64,000 bases of DNA from Oopsacas minuta (lineage: Eukaryota; Animalia; Porifera). Both the position numbers and the translations under genes were made by a program. Below are positions 35,951 to 46,956 of the stretch, in pieces (within the stretch, counting starts at the first letter, position 1; each line of letters starts with the position of its first letter). The stretch lies in NCBI GenBank assembly GCA_024704765.1, contig JAKMXF010000144.1, positions 124,001 through 188,000 on the forward strand, in the 5' to 3' direction. The notes under the pieces were generated by a model, which saw nothing but the letters and a program-made list of their open reading frames with translations, was not told where the DNA came from and searched no databases.

Positions 35951-38181
35951 ATGCGAGGGTCTTATAGAGACCCAAGGGTCCCACATCACCTTTTAAGCAA
36001 ACCAGGGGGAGATATTCCCTGGCAGAATCATCATCCATTCCAACCAACACGACACAATTACATTCATGTGCCACAACCAAGACACCCGCTTCTGCCACTT
36101 CCAACCACTTCACCTCGTGACATAGGAGATGTGTCTCTTCCCAATTTGTTACATAAGGATGCTAAAGGGTACCTGATGAACCTGCCCCCTCAGAATAGGT
36201 GTCGGGCTGTTCTGACAGCTATAAACTTGTTCTTATTTAAACACGATTCAAGAGGTATGCCACTTTTAATTGTGTCGTATAATCGCCTATATGATATTCA
36301 ATGTATATACAAATTCGGGATCTGGCGCCCAATGTTAGGGGGATAATAAATCTATTATCAAAAACAGTGCGTCATAGTTCGAAAACTTATTTTGATCAAT
36401 CTCAATACTCATGTGTGTACTCATAGTTAACACAATGTGGTTCAACTATAACGTTTCTGTAAGTAACAAAAGTATCCGGTATCTGGCCGGATAACCGGAA
36501 AATTAGAAGCCGGATATCTTACCTGGCTGGATGGGAGATTTTCATATCCGGTCATCTCTAGAACGATGTAATGTATCCCTTAGATCCCATTGAGAAACTT
36601 CTGTCATTGGCTGATGAATTCTTACTTGGAATAAAAGGTGATAAGTTGTCAAGTTGTGTCGAGTTACTGAATCTGGATGAAATAGCCACATTCCTAGCAG
36701 GTTAGTTCCTTAACCACCTGACACTTTAGCAACAGATCAAAGTGATAGTTATTCATTTAACAGGTCTCTCTTCACTGGAAAACAGACTCACATTATTTGA
36801 TGCACTCTTCTCATGTGCTAGGAGAGACCCAAACCAATCTGTTGCTCAGAGCCGTGAAGTGGTTTTGTGTCGTTTGGTGAGCTTAGCAGTTTGTGCGCCA
36901 TATCCATCTATACTGGAACTATCTGCTTATATCATGCAAGACCAATCAGATACAGCTAAAAGCATCGCCAGGTGGTTTACAGGCTCCACTTAATTGGGAC
37001 ACATTTCAGGGCTCAGGTCCACAAAATTATGACCAAGCATTTGGAACCAATTGAATGCTTAATTGAGTGGTCTGTAGCCATGTGTCCTGGTTAATTGGAG
37101 TCAGCTGATATTTAAGATCATGTGTTGGTATTAAACCCCGGGCAAATTGGGTGCTATAAAATGTATTTGATAATTGTGTCGTTTGAGCCACTTTATGCCA
37201 CTAGATCTCTATACCACGACTACTTCCAATTACTGCCATCTGCCTCCAAACCACTTGAAGTGGTCTACCAACACTCAACCAGTTTCGCAGCTCAGTTATT
37301 AATCGCTTACACAAAGTTATATCCAATCTTCCAAGCAAATATCCACTCTGCCATGTCTATGTCACCTGGATGTTTGTCACCTATAAACCAACCACCTATG
37401 CCACTTATAAGCATGATAGCCACTTGGATGAATAAACGACCAGATTTGTGCCACATCCGGGCGCCACATATCCCTGAGTCTTTGCCACTTCTGCATCAGA
37501 GAAGTTCTGTGACACAAATTCAAAATACTCCACTCACAGGTAAAGAGTGTCTCTCCATTTTCATAAATTTTGGATTATTATTATCCATGGTTCCATAGGT
37601 ATTATCGCTTGGACTACTTTAGCGCCACTTCTACAAGGTTTGAGAACCTCGACACACAACACAAGTGGCACAGAAAGTGACGAGCTGGATTTCTACTCAC
37701 AAATTCACGTCAATATGCTATCAGCTGTCCATCAGTATAAATCTAATTCTGTCACCAAAGGTGAGACAATTTAACCTCCAATTAATTTGAATTTTGGCGA
37801 TAATCAATTTTCACACCTTTGGCCATAATTCAGGTGATCCCCTGAGACAGGTGACCGCCCCCTTAATGATAATCCCATGTATGTATAAATTGACCAATGA
37901 ATCTATCTGCAGGCATCCAATGCATTTCCTCAGAAGACCTCTCAACAGTTGTCGCTAATCTGATTGGTCTAGCGGGATTTGTAGGCATAGCTCAGCCTGG
38001 ATCGGAACACTTCACACTTCTCCACGACAGTATTGACCGTATAGCTCAATCCATTCAAATGTGTCTCTTCGCTGATCTCCTCCACCTGTCACGTGACCAC
38101 CTGGCCTCCATAGCTGCCACTTTACCCAGAAACTCATTGCTCGATATTGTTATAGAACATCATACACATAATTGGAACTAA
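35951..38181 (+). CDS. INTS15: Integrator complex subunit 15 (C7orf26), multi-exon
   Basis: Segments align to INTS15: VLCRLVSLAV..ILELSAYIMQ, PPMPLISMIATW, TPLTG..WTTLAPL, YSQIHVNML, SIDRIAQSIQ..LPRNSLLDIVI. First exons 35951-36254 and 36584-36700; later boundaries approximate. Confidence 0.75.
36471..36560 (-). mobile_element. Solitary hAT-like transposon end in INTS15 intron 1
   Basis: Reverse complement starts TAGAGATGACCGGATA and carries several CCGGA subterminal motifs. No partner end seen. Confidence 0.35.
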
Positions 38182-38318
38182 TTAGTTCCATATTGTATCA
38201 ATTTTAATTATAATTAGCTGGATAATAGGCGACAATCTATTTGTGCCACTTTGTGTCGAGGTGTGTATTAGATAGTTCCATATTAACCTTAGTTCCAAGT
38301 GTTATCACCTAATTAGAT

Positions 38319-38822
38319 ATGTGGACAGTTATACTCTTATTCACTCTATTCACACAATCAACTTCAAGCTATTGTAACATCACTTCACTATATCCGACAC
38401 AATTTTTGTGTCGCGAAGTGGTAGTGGACAATATTTCTCAATCAGCTGTGAACTGTACTTCAGACAGAATTGTGTCTGTGCCATGCTATCCCAGAAGAGG
38501 TGTTATATGTGGTGGAGTGGCATATGACGGCGACACAATTGGTTTTTACAAGAATGTCACCTGTCGATACGTGAATGGCACAAGATACCATTATGGTGTC
38601 GCTTTGGGTTTGTCGGTATTTTTCGGATTCCTTGGGTTGGACAGGTTTTACTTAGGATACGCAGCCATCGGTCTCCTCAAATTCTCAACGATGGGATTCT
38701 TCTTGCTCGGACACTTAGTTGACATAATCCTGATAGGACTGCAAATAGTAGGTCCAGCAGACCAGTCTGATTATTATATTGGATATTGGGGACCAGTTTT
38801 GGAAGGTGTTGAAATAAATTGA
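38319..38822 (+). CDS. TM2D1: TM2 domain-containing protein 1, intronless
   Basis: Signal peptide; ALGLSVFFGFLGLDRFYLGY..GLLKFSTMG..VDIILIGLQIVGPADQSDY. Confidence 0.9.
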   Translation: MWTVILLFTLFTQSTSSYCNITSLYPTQFLCREVVVDNISQSAVNCTSDRIVSVPCYPRRGVICGGVAYDGDTIGFYKNVTCRYVNGTRYHYGVALGLSVFFGFLGLDRFYLGYAAIGLLKFSTMGFFLLGHLVDIILIGLQIVGPADQSDYYIGYWGPVLEGVEIN

Positions 38823-38920
38823 ATTATATTTGTATATATTATGAGTGTATCTTTATATTCATATTTTCACACCTAATGAGAAACATGAAATAGTTGGCAT
38901 CTCATTTAAGATTATTTTAG

Positions 38921-39724
38921 ATGTTTTCACCATATTTAGCTATTTTCATTTTTATCCATTTTGTGATATATTTGGACGCGAGGACACAATGTGATGACTG
39001 TCGTAATTTAGTGGCAGACTTCCACAGAGGTGTTGATGGCACAAAAGATGGTGGATTTCTTGGTGGCGATGTGTTTTGGGAAGAATTAAATTTGAAAAAT
39101 TACGCAAAAAGTGAGCTAAGATTTATAGAAATTTTGGAAAAAGTTTGTGAAAATGGAAAATTTGGTTGTTTGAAAATTCTAGAAAAACATGAAGATGATC
39201 TCCTAGAGTGGTGGGAAGGTGACAGAAAAGTGGAATTATTTGAGTGGTTTTGTGTCGGTAAAGTGGCACAATGTTGTCCAGAGGGTACATATGGACCGGA
39301 GTGTTTACCTTGTTTAAAGTGGCACGATAAAATTTGCTCTGGGTATGGAAAATGTGTTGGAAGTGGCACACGTGGCGGAGATGGATCATGCCACTGTGAT
39401 ACAGGCTACCGACACGATAACTGTACACTTTGTTCACACGGATATTATAAAATGAACATTGATGACAATTTTTCTTGTGTCAAGTGTGACACAAAATGCA
39501 ATGGTTGCGATGGTCCAGGTGCTAGTGGCTGTGTGGCATGCTCAAGTGGCTTCAGAATGGCAGACGGCAAGTGTGAAGATATAGATGAATGCGACACCAA
39601 TGAAATTTGCCTGGAAAATGAAGTTTGTTCAAATACAGATGGCTCTTACAGTTGTGAATGTATCCCTGGTTACCAAAGAGGTGGAAAGGAATGTGTAGAA
39701 GATTCAGCAAAAGAAGATTTATAG
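38921..39724 (+). CDS. CRELD2: CRELD-family protein disulfide isomerase (soluble, KEDL end), intronless
   Basis: Signal peptide, CDDC, SELRFIEILEKVC, WFC..CCPEGTYGPEC, EGF/furin repeats, cbEGF DIDEC, C-terminal KEDL, no transmembrane segment. Confidence 0.88.
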   Translation: MFSPYLAIFIFIHFVIYLDARTQCDDCRNLVADFHRGVDGTKDGGFLGGDVFWEELNLKNYAKSELRFIEILEKVCENGKFGCLKILEKHEDDLLEWWEGDRKVELFEWFCVGKVAQCCPEGTYGPECLPCLKWHDKICSGYGKCVGSGTRGGDGSCHCDTGYRHDNCTLCSHGYYKMNIDDNFSCVKCDTKCNGCDGPGASGCVACSSGFRMADGKCEDIDECDTNEICLENEVCSNTDGSYSCECIPGYQRGGKECVEDSAKEDL

Positions 39725-40232
39725 TTTTAGGAATTGTTACTATTATTAGCATAGATTAGGCGCCAATTAAACTTAATTATTGCAGTACCAAGGGAATTGA
39801 GAGGTGTCAATGCATGGATAAATTGTGCCACTAGGGAAAGGTGTGAAAATATACACATTAGAAAAATTTCAAATCTCAGGTGCACAACTAGATGTCACTG
39901 CAAGTACACATGCCAAATTTGGTGTCTTAATCTCTAAAGGTGTGAACAGCAGAGCGAAAACATAATAACAACAATCACAAATACTTTCAGAAGCCTGATC
40001 TTAACTTTAATAGTATTTGTGTCTGCTAATATTTGGCCTCATAATTGCCCCCTTAGGCTTCACCCCGTGTTACCCAAATGCCTCGTCCAACCAGATTAGA
40101 GTGTTTACTCACAAAACTGATTGAATCCTATCAATGATAATTTAATTAACGAAGTAAACAAACAATAACAATCAATAACAAATATCAAAATGCAAACTAC
40201 GAATTGTGGTGGTTGAAAAGAGATTATTGGTG

Positions 40233-43200
40233 TTACTTTATACACAAAATCCCACGTAATTTTGGTAGTTCCCTCTCCAATGCGTTGCCAAACGCGATGA
40301 CTGATTTCTTGGACGGACTCTGTTGATGGAGTTCCGGATTAAGGTGTGAAAATATTTCTGTTAGTCTGTCACTAAAACATTTGTCCTGTGTGTCGAGTAT
40401 TCTTTGGATAATCTCGCTGTATGTAGTTGGATTTCCTAGCACGAGGTAGAAAAGTGTCTCAGCTGCCGATGAGACAAGGTCCATGTCAAAATTCTCATCA
40501 ATTAGAAACTTAAATATCACACTTAAAAGGTGCCGCAATTGTGTCGCCATAAGCTGAGTCAAATTCGATTGGTTTTGTTTACCGAAAATAGCGAGAGACG
40601 AAACAGCGTCTAGACAATACTTCCCAACATCTGAGTCATATTGGAACAGCCCAATTTCAAGGAGACTCGCTAAAGTGTGAAATACACCCATGGGGAGATT
40701 AGCTACCCTATCTGGATACGTTTCACAGATAAGTGTTAACAAATTAAAGAATTTATTGCATAAGGAAGGGTAGGATAAAAACTGTTTCGCCATAAAATGT
40801 AACACCACATCAAGACCATAAAACACTACATCGCCAGACTGGACCTTTGTAGAATTTGAGACAAAAGTCTCTTCGCTCAGTTCTACAAAATCCCACGACA
40901 TTAGAGATATCAAAATGTCCATAAGTTGTACCAAATCTGCATACCTGTCCTCCTCGAGATGGGGATGGCTCTGGATAGAGAGACCCTTATTCAGCGAACT
41001 GAACAGCTCGAGGACTTTAAGTGATAGATTATACATTTTGAAGAGTACAGGTTCTGAGAAATATGTGAGACAACTTTCTGCTATGTCCGCTAGAAGCGAT
41101 AGGAGGCTACTGACAATTTCTGGGGTTTTAAGACAGTCCGTTATTTGGTTAAGTGTCGCGAAAATCACCTCTAGAAAAGTGTCCGCTCGAGATGAAGGAC
41201 ACATTCTTGCGATACCAGACAGTGCGGATAATAGCGAATCAGTCTCTATGATTATATTTGCCATATTCGCATCTTTGGTCAACACGACTATGCGGGCACA
41301 AATTTGACCTATCACCTTTGAGTTCAAATCCTCCCAATTGTTCTTTGCCATGGATTTACCGATGAACCCAGCGAGTGACAATTGTACCTCTGGGGATAGC
41401 TTTTTCAGAACTTCAGCACCCGAACCGAATTGCTCCACCAATTCCCAAAACATGGGTCCTGAGGTGACAACTTTGTGTCGCTGTGGGGAACGAATCAATA
41501 TCGACAAAAGTTCTAAACTGTCGCTTTGGATTTGATCCTGTCCTGACCATTGATGGATATTACTGATTGCCTTCTCAACAAGGAAACTCAACAACGAATT
41601 GGAATGCATACCATCTCCACTGAATGAATCCTGCCATACGCCACTTGTGTCTTCATAATCCGACACATTATAGAACAAATATGGTTGTGACCAGTGTAAG
41701 AAGAACCACATGATGTCGCTTGCCACCTGAGGGCTCAATTTTAGCATTTGTCCGGATTTTATCAAAAGCGTTTCAACTTTCGCCCACTTGCACATAATCA
41801 CTACAATTCGTATAATTGGATCAAATTCGGTTTGATCGGTATTACTTGATTGTAGCTCAATTAATTGTGGCCAATTAGTGGCAGAGTGGACACTAGATTG
41901 GACAGAAAACGAATATTTTCGGATTTCGCTTGGAATTTGAACTTCTTCCCCTTCCGCAATGTCGACACAAATATGCCCGATAAGTAGAATCAGCCAATGA
42001 AAGTCCTCAAAAAGGCTCACTGGTACTTTATCACCTTGACCGACAAAATTCAAAATCTGATCGCCACATTTCTCAAGCAGCTCGCATGCCATTGGTAGAG
42101 CATTTGAGCAAATGGTACGAGCTATGGTTGCGATGGAACTCAGGTGTTCGATGAAAATATCCCGGTCATCCTCTTCCAACTCATCAATTTCTTTCGGTTC
42201 TGTCGAATCCTGCGCTGGCCTAGATCCGCCACTTAAGATTGTTAAGCGGAACTTTAAAAAGGCGCCAAACAGCTCTGGACCAATCACATTGAACCATCCA
42301 AGCGCGTAAATGTCCCCACCCATTTCACTCAAAAGTGTCACCCATGCCAATAAGAGTAGCTCAAACGCTTCTAAATATGGAGCGCCATCAACACCTAATG
42401 TGTCCTCTATTGTGGCTCTCTCAGCACAGTGTATCGTCAGTTTTGCTAGACCTCTTAGAAATGACTCAACAACTTCTTGCCGAATATTTGCGAAAAGTCG
42501 GATAGGGAAAGATGACATCATTTGACTTATGACACCAGCAAAACCAGCGGTTTCTTGAGGTGTCAATTCAAATTGTGTCGCGAATTCCAGGAAATTCTCA
42601 ATGAACTTTTTTAGATATTCGGATTTGTCACTATCATCCCCAAACACTTCTCCGTTAAGCGATGCCATCTGGATGAAACATAAAAGTGTCAGCTGACACA
42701 ATGATTCAACATTCCTGGTTTCCCCATGGATACGATATAGCAGATGAAGAATGCTACCGTCTAGCAATATATCCTTCCACTCGTTGGGGGGCTTGAATGC
42801 GATCGCTTGGACCCCGGTTTTGAAGAGATTCATGGTGGCAGATTTTGTCACGTTAGGTGTGAAATTCCAAGTGACAACATGGTTTAAAATATTCAAAGAT
42901 TTGGACAAAATCTCATTTCTCATATTTCCTTGGGATAATTGTTCTGACAATTTTTTCAAAAAATTCAGGTTTATAACGCAAAATTTTAACATATAATATT
43001 TTTCAAAAACCACTTTACACCTGAGATGTATTTCCCATGGCATGCCAAATCGAGATGAATGTGCCAACGAGCCAAATTCCACCATCAAGCTGACAATACT
43101 CGAGCAGGACACTAAATTGTAATGTGGTGCTGTGTCACTTATTAGTGACTCAAGACGTTGACATAATTTATCCAATAATGTGTTTTCTGGTTTGGCGATT

Positions 43201-43631
43201 TTTGTCATGTTTTCAATTTCGTTGTCACCTCCTCCTGGCGCCGAAATATCATCAATTAGCTTCCGTTTGATAAGTACCGACACTGCAAGGATCAGCTGTT
43301 CGCGTACATAATTCTCAATTTTATTTTGCGACAATAAGAATGCCATCAAATAGGAGAGCAGCTCCTCCAAGCCACTTTCCGTCACAATAACCCACTTCCT
43401 GACCATATGCTCGATCATAGCCGATACCGCTTCAAACTGGACAAGTGGCACTTCAGTATTTTCTAACACATATTTACAAAGTGGCAGTGGATCAGCGAGC
43501 CCTCGTAACTGCACGAATTTTTTCTCTTGCAATTTCCTTTCATCGTTCGATATTATTTCTGGACCTGCCAACAATTTTTTGGCGGAGGCATTCAATTCGT
43601 GAAGAAGGTGTTTGCACTGAAATTCATCCAT
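40233..43631 (-). CDS. XPO4: Exportin-4, intronless, 1132 aa
   Basis: CKYVLENT..LVQFEA, YVREQLILAVSVLIKR, FGMPWEIHLRCKVVFE, FEDFHWLILLIGH, YPSLCNKFFNLLTLICE. Confidence 0.9.
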   Translation of the reverse strand: MDEFQCKHLLHELNASAKKLLAGPEIISNDERKLQEKKFVQLRGLADPLPLCKYVLENTEVPLVQFEAVSAMIEHMVRKWVIVTESGLEELLSYLMAFLLSQNKIENYVREQLILAVSVLIKRKLIDDISAPGGGDNEIENMTKIAKPENTLLDKLCQRLESLISDTAPHYNLVSCSSIVSLMVEFGSLAHSSRFGMPWEIHLRCKVVFEKYYMLKFCVINLNFLKKLSEQLSQGNMRNEILSKSLNILNHVVTWNFTPNVTKSATMNLFKTGVQAIAFKPPNEWKDILLDGSILHLLYRIHGETRNVESLCQLTLLCFIQMASLNGEVFGDDSDKSEYLKKFIENFLEFATQFELTPQETAGFAGVISQMMSSFPIRLFANIRQEVVESFLRGLAKLTIHCAERATIEDTLGVDGAPYLEAFELLLLAWVTLLSEMGGDIYALGWFNVIGPELFGAFLKFRLTILSGGSRPAQDSTEPKEIDELEEDDRDIFIEHLSSIATIARTICSNALPMACELLEKCGDQILNFVGQGDKVPVSLFEDFHWLILLIGHICVDIAEGEEVQIPSEIRKYSFSVQSSVHSATNWPQLIELQSSNTDQTEFDPIIRIVVIMCKWAKVETLLIKSGQMLKLSPQVASDIMWFFLHWSQPYLFYNVSDYEDTSGVWQDSFSGDGMHSNSLLSFLVEKAISNIHQWSGQDQIQSDSLELLSILIRSPQRHKVVTSGPMFWELVEQFGSGAEVLKKLSPEVQLSLAGFIGKSMAKNNWEDLNSKVIGQICARIVVLTKDANMANIIIETDSLLSALSGIARMCPSSRADTFLEVIFATLNQITDCLKTPEIVSSLLSLLADIAESCLTYFSEPVLFKMYNLSLKVLELFSSLNKGLSIQSHPHLEEDRYADLVQLMDILISLMSWDFVELSEETFVSNSTKVQSGDVVFYGLDVVLHFMAKQFLSYPSLCNKFFNLLTLICETYPDRVANLPMGVFHTLASLLEIGLFQYDSDVGKYCLDAVSSLAIFGKQNQSNLTQLMATQLRHLLSVIFKFLIDENFDMDLVSSAAETLFYLVLGNPTTYSEIIQRILDTQDKCFSDRLTEIFSHLNPELHQQSPSKKSVIAFGNALERELPKLRGILCIK

Positions 43632-44287
43632 TTTATGTCATAAAAGTGAGAACAAATGAATCTAACAGTCATTAGCAGTTTATATAAGCTAGCCGCTTAC
43701 ACGAATGGTATGCGCCTATTCAAACTCGAATCCCACTGGCTGCTGCAAATGTGATTGTGTCGCAAAGCGCGGGTTTAATTATATATTTTGTGTCATAAAT
43801 GGCAGAGAGAATCCAAATTGTTAGTTGAATATTAGTTTATGAATAATCATAATTCCTATAATTCCTATAGCAAATTCCTAAGTTGTATAACTTCCAATAT
43901 GAATTAGCAATAATTATATTTTAGTAACAAAATGTTGTACTTAACAAGTTTCACTGAATTATAATGTCTTGTAAATCTTCTGCCATAATTTTTATCTCAA
44001 AACTAAACCAAGGAAAGCTCGAATACAGTGAGATTCCTAGAAATGTGAGATTCGTTTTACAAGGCCTGTACCCGCTCCAATTTGTTCTAAAAATATGACT
44101 GCTTGTATACAATAATTGGTAATACCACCGTCATACAACTTTTGGCTGTGGGTCGTTAATTAATTAAATTTTCACTCAAATACGTAACTAGTCATTACCA
44201 TGCCATGACCATTCAACTAGTGGCTATATGCAATGACCTAGCCAAGTCGCTGGCTCTGACCTCCCAACCGATGGTCAAGAGTTATGT

Positions 44288-44385
44288 CAATGACCAGTGA
44301 TCAAGCCCTGCCATGACCAGTCAAGCGGTGGGCATGATCAGCCAGCCGCCTGCCATGACCATCGAAGTAGTAGATCATAATCAGC
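44288..44385. repeat. Degenerate 21-22 bp minisatellite built on CATGACCA
   Basis: CAATGACCA, CCATGACCA, GCATGATCA, CCATGACCA, TCATAATCA spaced 21-22 bp; looser copies at about 44202 and 44231. Confidence 0.5.
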
Positions 44386-44689
44386 GAAGATATTCAATTA
44401 TTGCCCGCTGGTTTGTTTAGTAAAATGGGGGGTAACTTGTGGCTATATGGAATTCTCAATGTTTGAACATAAGTGGTATGAATAACGACAGTTTTGCAAA
44501 CAAATATATTTTCCAGACACATTTGTGGTTTCTGTACCCCGATATAGTTTAACATTCCAAATATGGTATATGGTTACCACCCAATTAGGGAGGAGATTAT
44601 AAAAGTAGGAATAATTATTATAATTTGACTTTTCCGCTTTTATACTTTTCCGTACGCCTACTTATAACTCTCGGTTTTGATTGGTTAGC

Positions 44690-46419
44690 ATGACTGACCG
44701 TCTGAAAAGTTTCAAGAACAAGGGTAGAGACGATGAAGCGGAGTTTAGACGTCGTAGGACAGAAGTTACAGTTGAGCTGCGAAGGAACAAACGCGACGAA
44801 CATCTTCAGAAGCGGCGTAACGTCCCCATAGATCATCAAGGAGACCTCCAGGTGGATACGTCAGTTGGCGGGTATGACTTTTCGTTCTCTGACGCTGGCC
44901 TAAATGAAGTGCGTGACAAACTAAGGGGTCTTGTTGTGAACGCACAATCAGAGGACCCTACCATAAAATTACAGGCGGTCCGTTCCGCTCGAAAGATCCT
45001 CAGTAAGGACAAGAATCCGCCAATTGATGAGCTCATAATATCTGGCATAGTTCCAGTACTGGTAAGTGTGACACAATTCATAGTTCCAGTTTTAAATATT
45101 TATTTATATTTCAAATATTTTCATATTATATAGGTGACATCACTGCGTTGTCATGACAACCCAAATATTCAGTTTGAAGCAGCTTGGGCACTAACTAATA
45201 TAGCAAGTGGTACATCTGAACAGACACGGGTGGTTGTACAATGTGGCGCTGTGCCACTTTTCATCGAATTATTATCATGCCCTATGCAGTATGTATGTGA
45301 ACAGGCTGTTTGGGCTCTCGGAAACATCACAGGGGATGGTCCAGAGTGTCGCGATTTTGTGATATCACATGGCATAATTCCACCACTTCTCACATTTATA
45401 AATCCACATACACCGATCTCATTCCTTAGGAATGTGACATGGACTATTTCTAATTTGTGTCGCAACAAAAATCCTCCACCACCTTTTGAATCTGTTTGTC
45501 AGTGCTTGCCTGCCCTTTTGGAACTAGTCAGACATGAAGATGTGGAGGTTAGTTCCCTATTATAACACCTTATATATATATATCTATAGTTTCAATTAAC
45601 TATCCTTGTGGTTCCATATTATAACACCTATTCTAGGTTAAGGTGGATGCTTGTTGGGCACTCTCTTTCCTGGCCGATGGATTACACGCTCAAATCCAAG
45701 TGGTTATCAATTCTGGTGTCATTCCCTTTCTCGTGCCACTTCTGGAACATCATGAGGTTAAAATTGTCATGCCAGCTTTAAGGACACTCGGGAATATCGT
45801 GACTGGAAGTGACGAACAGACACAAGTGGTTATTGACAATGGTATTCTACATAAACTACAATCTCTTCTCACTCACCACAAGGAGAACATTGTCAGAGAG
45901 GCCGTGTGGACCCTATCCAATATTACAGCCGGTTCAAGAGAACAGGTCCAAGCGGTCATTGATTCAGGTCTCATCCCCCCACTTGTTGAGGTGTTAGGTA
46001 ACGGGGAGTTCAAAACCCAGAAGGAGGCGGCATGGGCTGTGTCCAATTTCACAGTTGGTGGCACACCTGACCAGATAAAATACCTAGTGTCACAAAAAGC
46101 CATCTCTCCCTTATGCTCACTCTTAGAAGTGAAAGACTCCCAGGTTATACAAGTGGTTCTAGATGGCCTCCTCAACATCCTACGTCACTCCAGCGAAGAG
46201 CAGATCAACGTGGTAAATTCTATAGAAGAATCTGGTGGCTTAAACACTATTGAACTCTTGCAGCGACACAATTCACCAGTCATCTACCAACTGGCTTATA
46301 CCATTATCGATCAATATTTCCCAAGTGATGATGAAATTGGTGGTTTGGCGCCTGACGGAGGTGACAATCAATACCTCTTTAATGTGCAACATGGACAGTA
46401 CATGAATTTTCAGTTCTAG
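44690..46419 (+). CDS. KPNA4: Importin alpha, alpha3 clade (KPNA3/4-like), full length, 3 exons
   Basis: Exons 44690-45061, 45134-45547, 45637-46419. [40 protein letters not shown]; ARM motifs [33 protein letters not shown]. Confidence 0.95.
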
Positions 46420-46956
46420 GTGTGAAAAAGTGTCGCGATGTGAGAGAGCAAAGTCTGATGTGAACCAATAAGTGTCCTATTGTGTCAGACTAATTTGATA
46501 ATTATGTTTACATATAAATAAACCAGTTCCCATTTCAACCAATGAGGTTCTGTGCTATTTTAGTTACATCAGATATAATAGAATATAACATTCCAATCTA
46601 TCTTACATTAGCAACCGATTTATGGGGTAATTCAAGCTATTTTTGTTTGTATATTCGGCGACACAATTTTCACACCTTTTGCCAATATCTCAAAGGTTTC
46701 GATTCGATGGTTAATTTCAAATCTCAGATATATAGAATAACATTCCGATTATCGTATGTGGTTACCACATAAAGTATAAAAGTATAAGAATTGTTATAAT
46801 TCGAATTTTCCGCTTTTATACTTTCTATACACCTACTTAGAACCCTCTGTTTTGATTGGTTGCAGACCCTAAGTAACAGAAGTGGGACGAAACAAACTTA
46901 ACGGACATCTTCAGAAACGGCGTAACATACCCATTGATAATCAAGGCGACTAATAT

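Noticed and set aside
39934-40038. GPCR TM6-like peptide on the minus strand (KIRLLKVFVIVVIMFSLC)
   Set aside because: Only about 34 codons between stops, with no other helices or splice context; probably chance.
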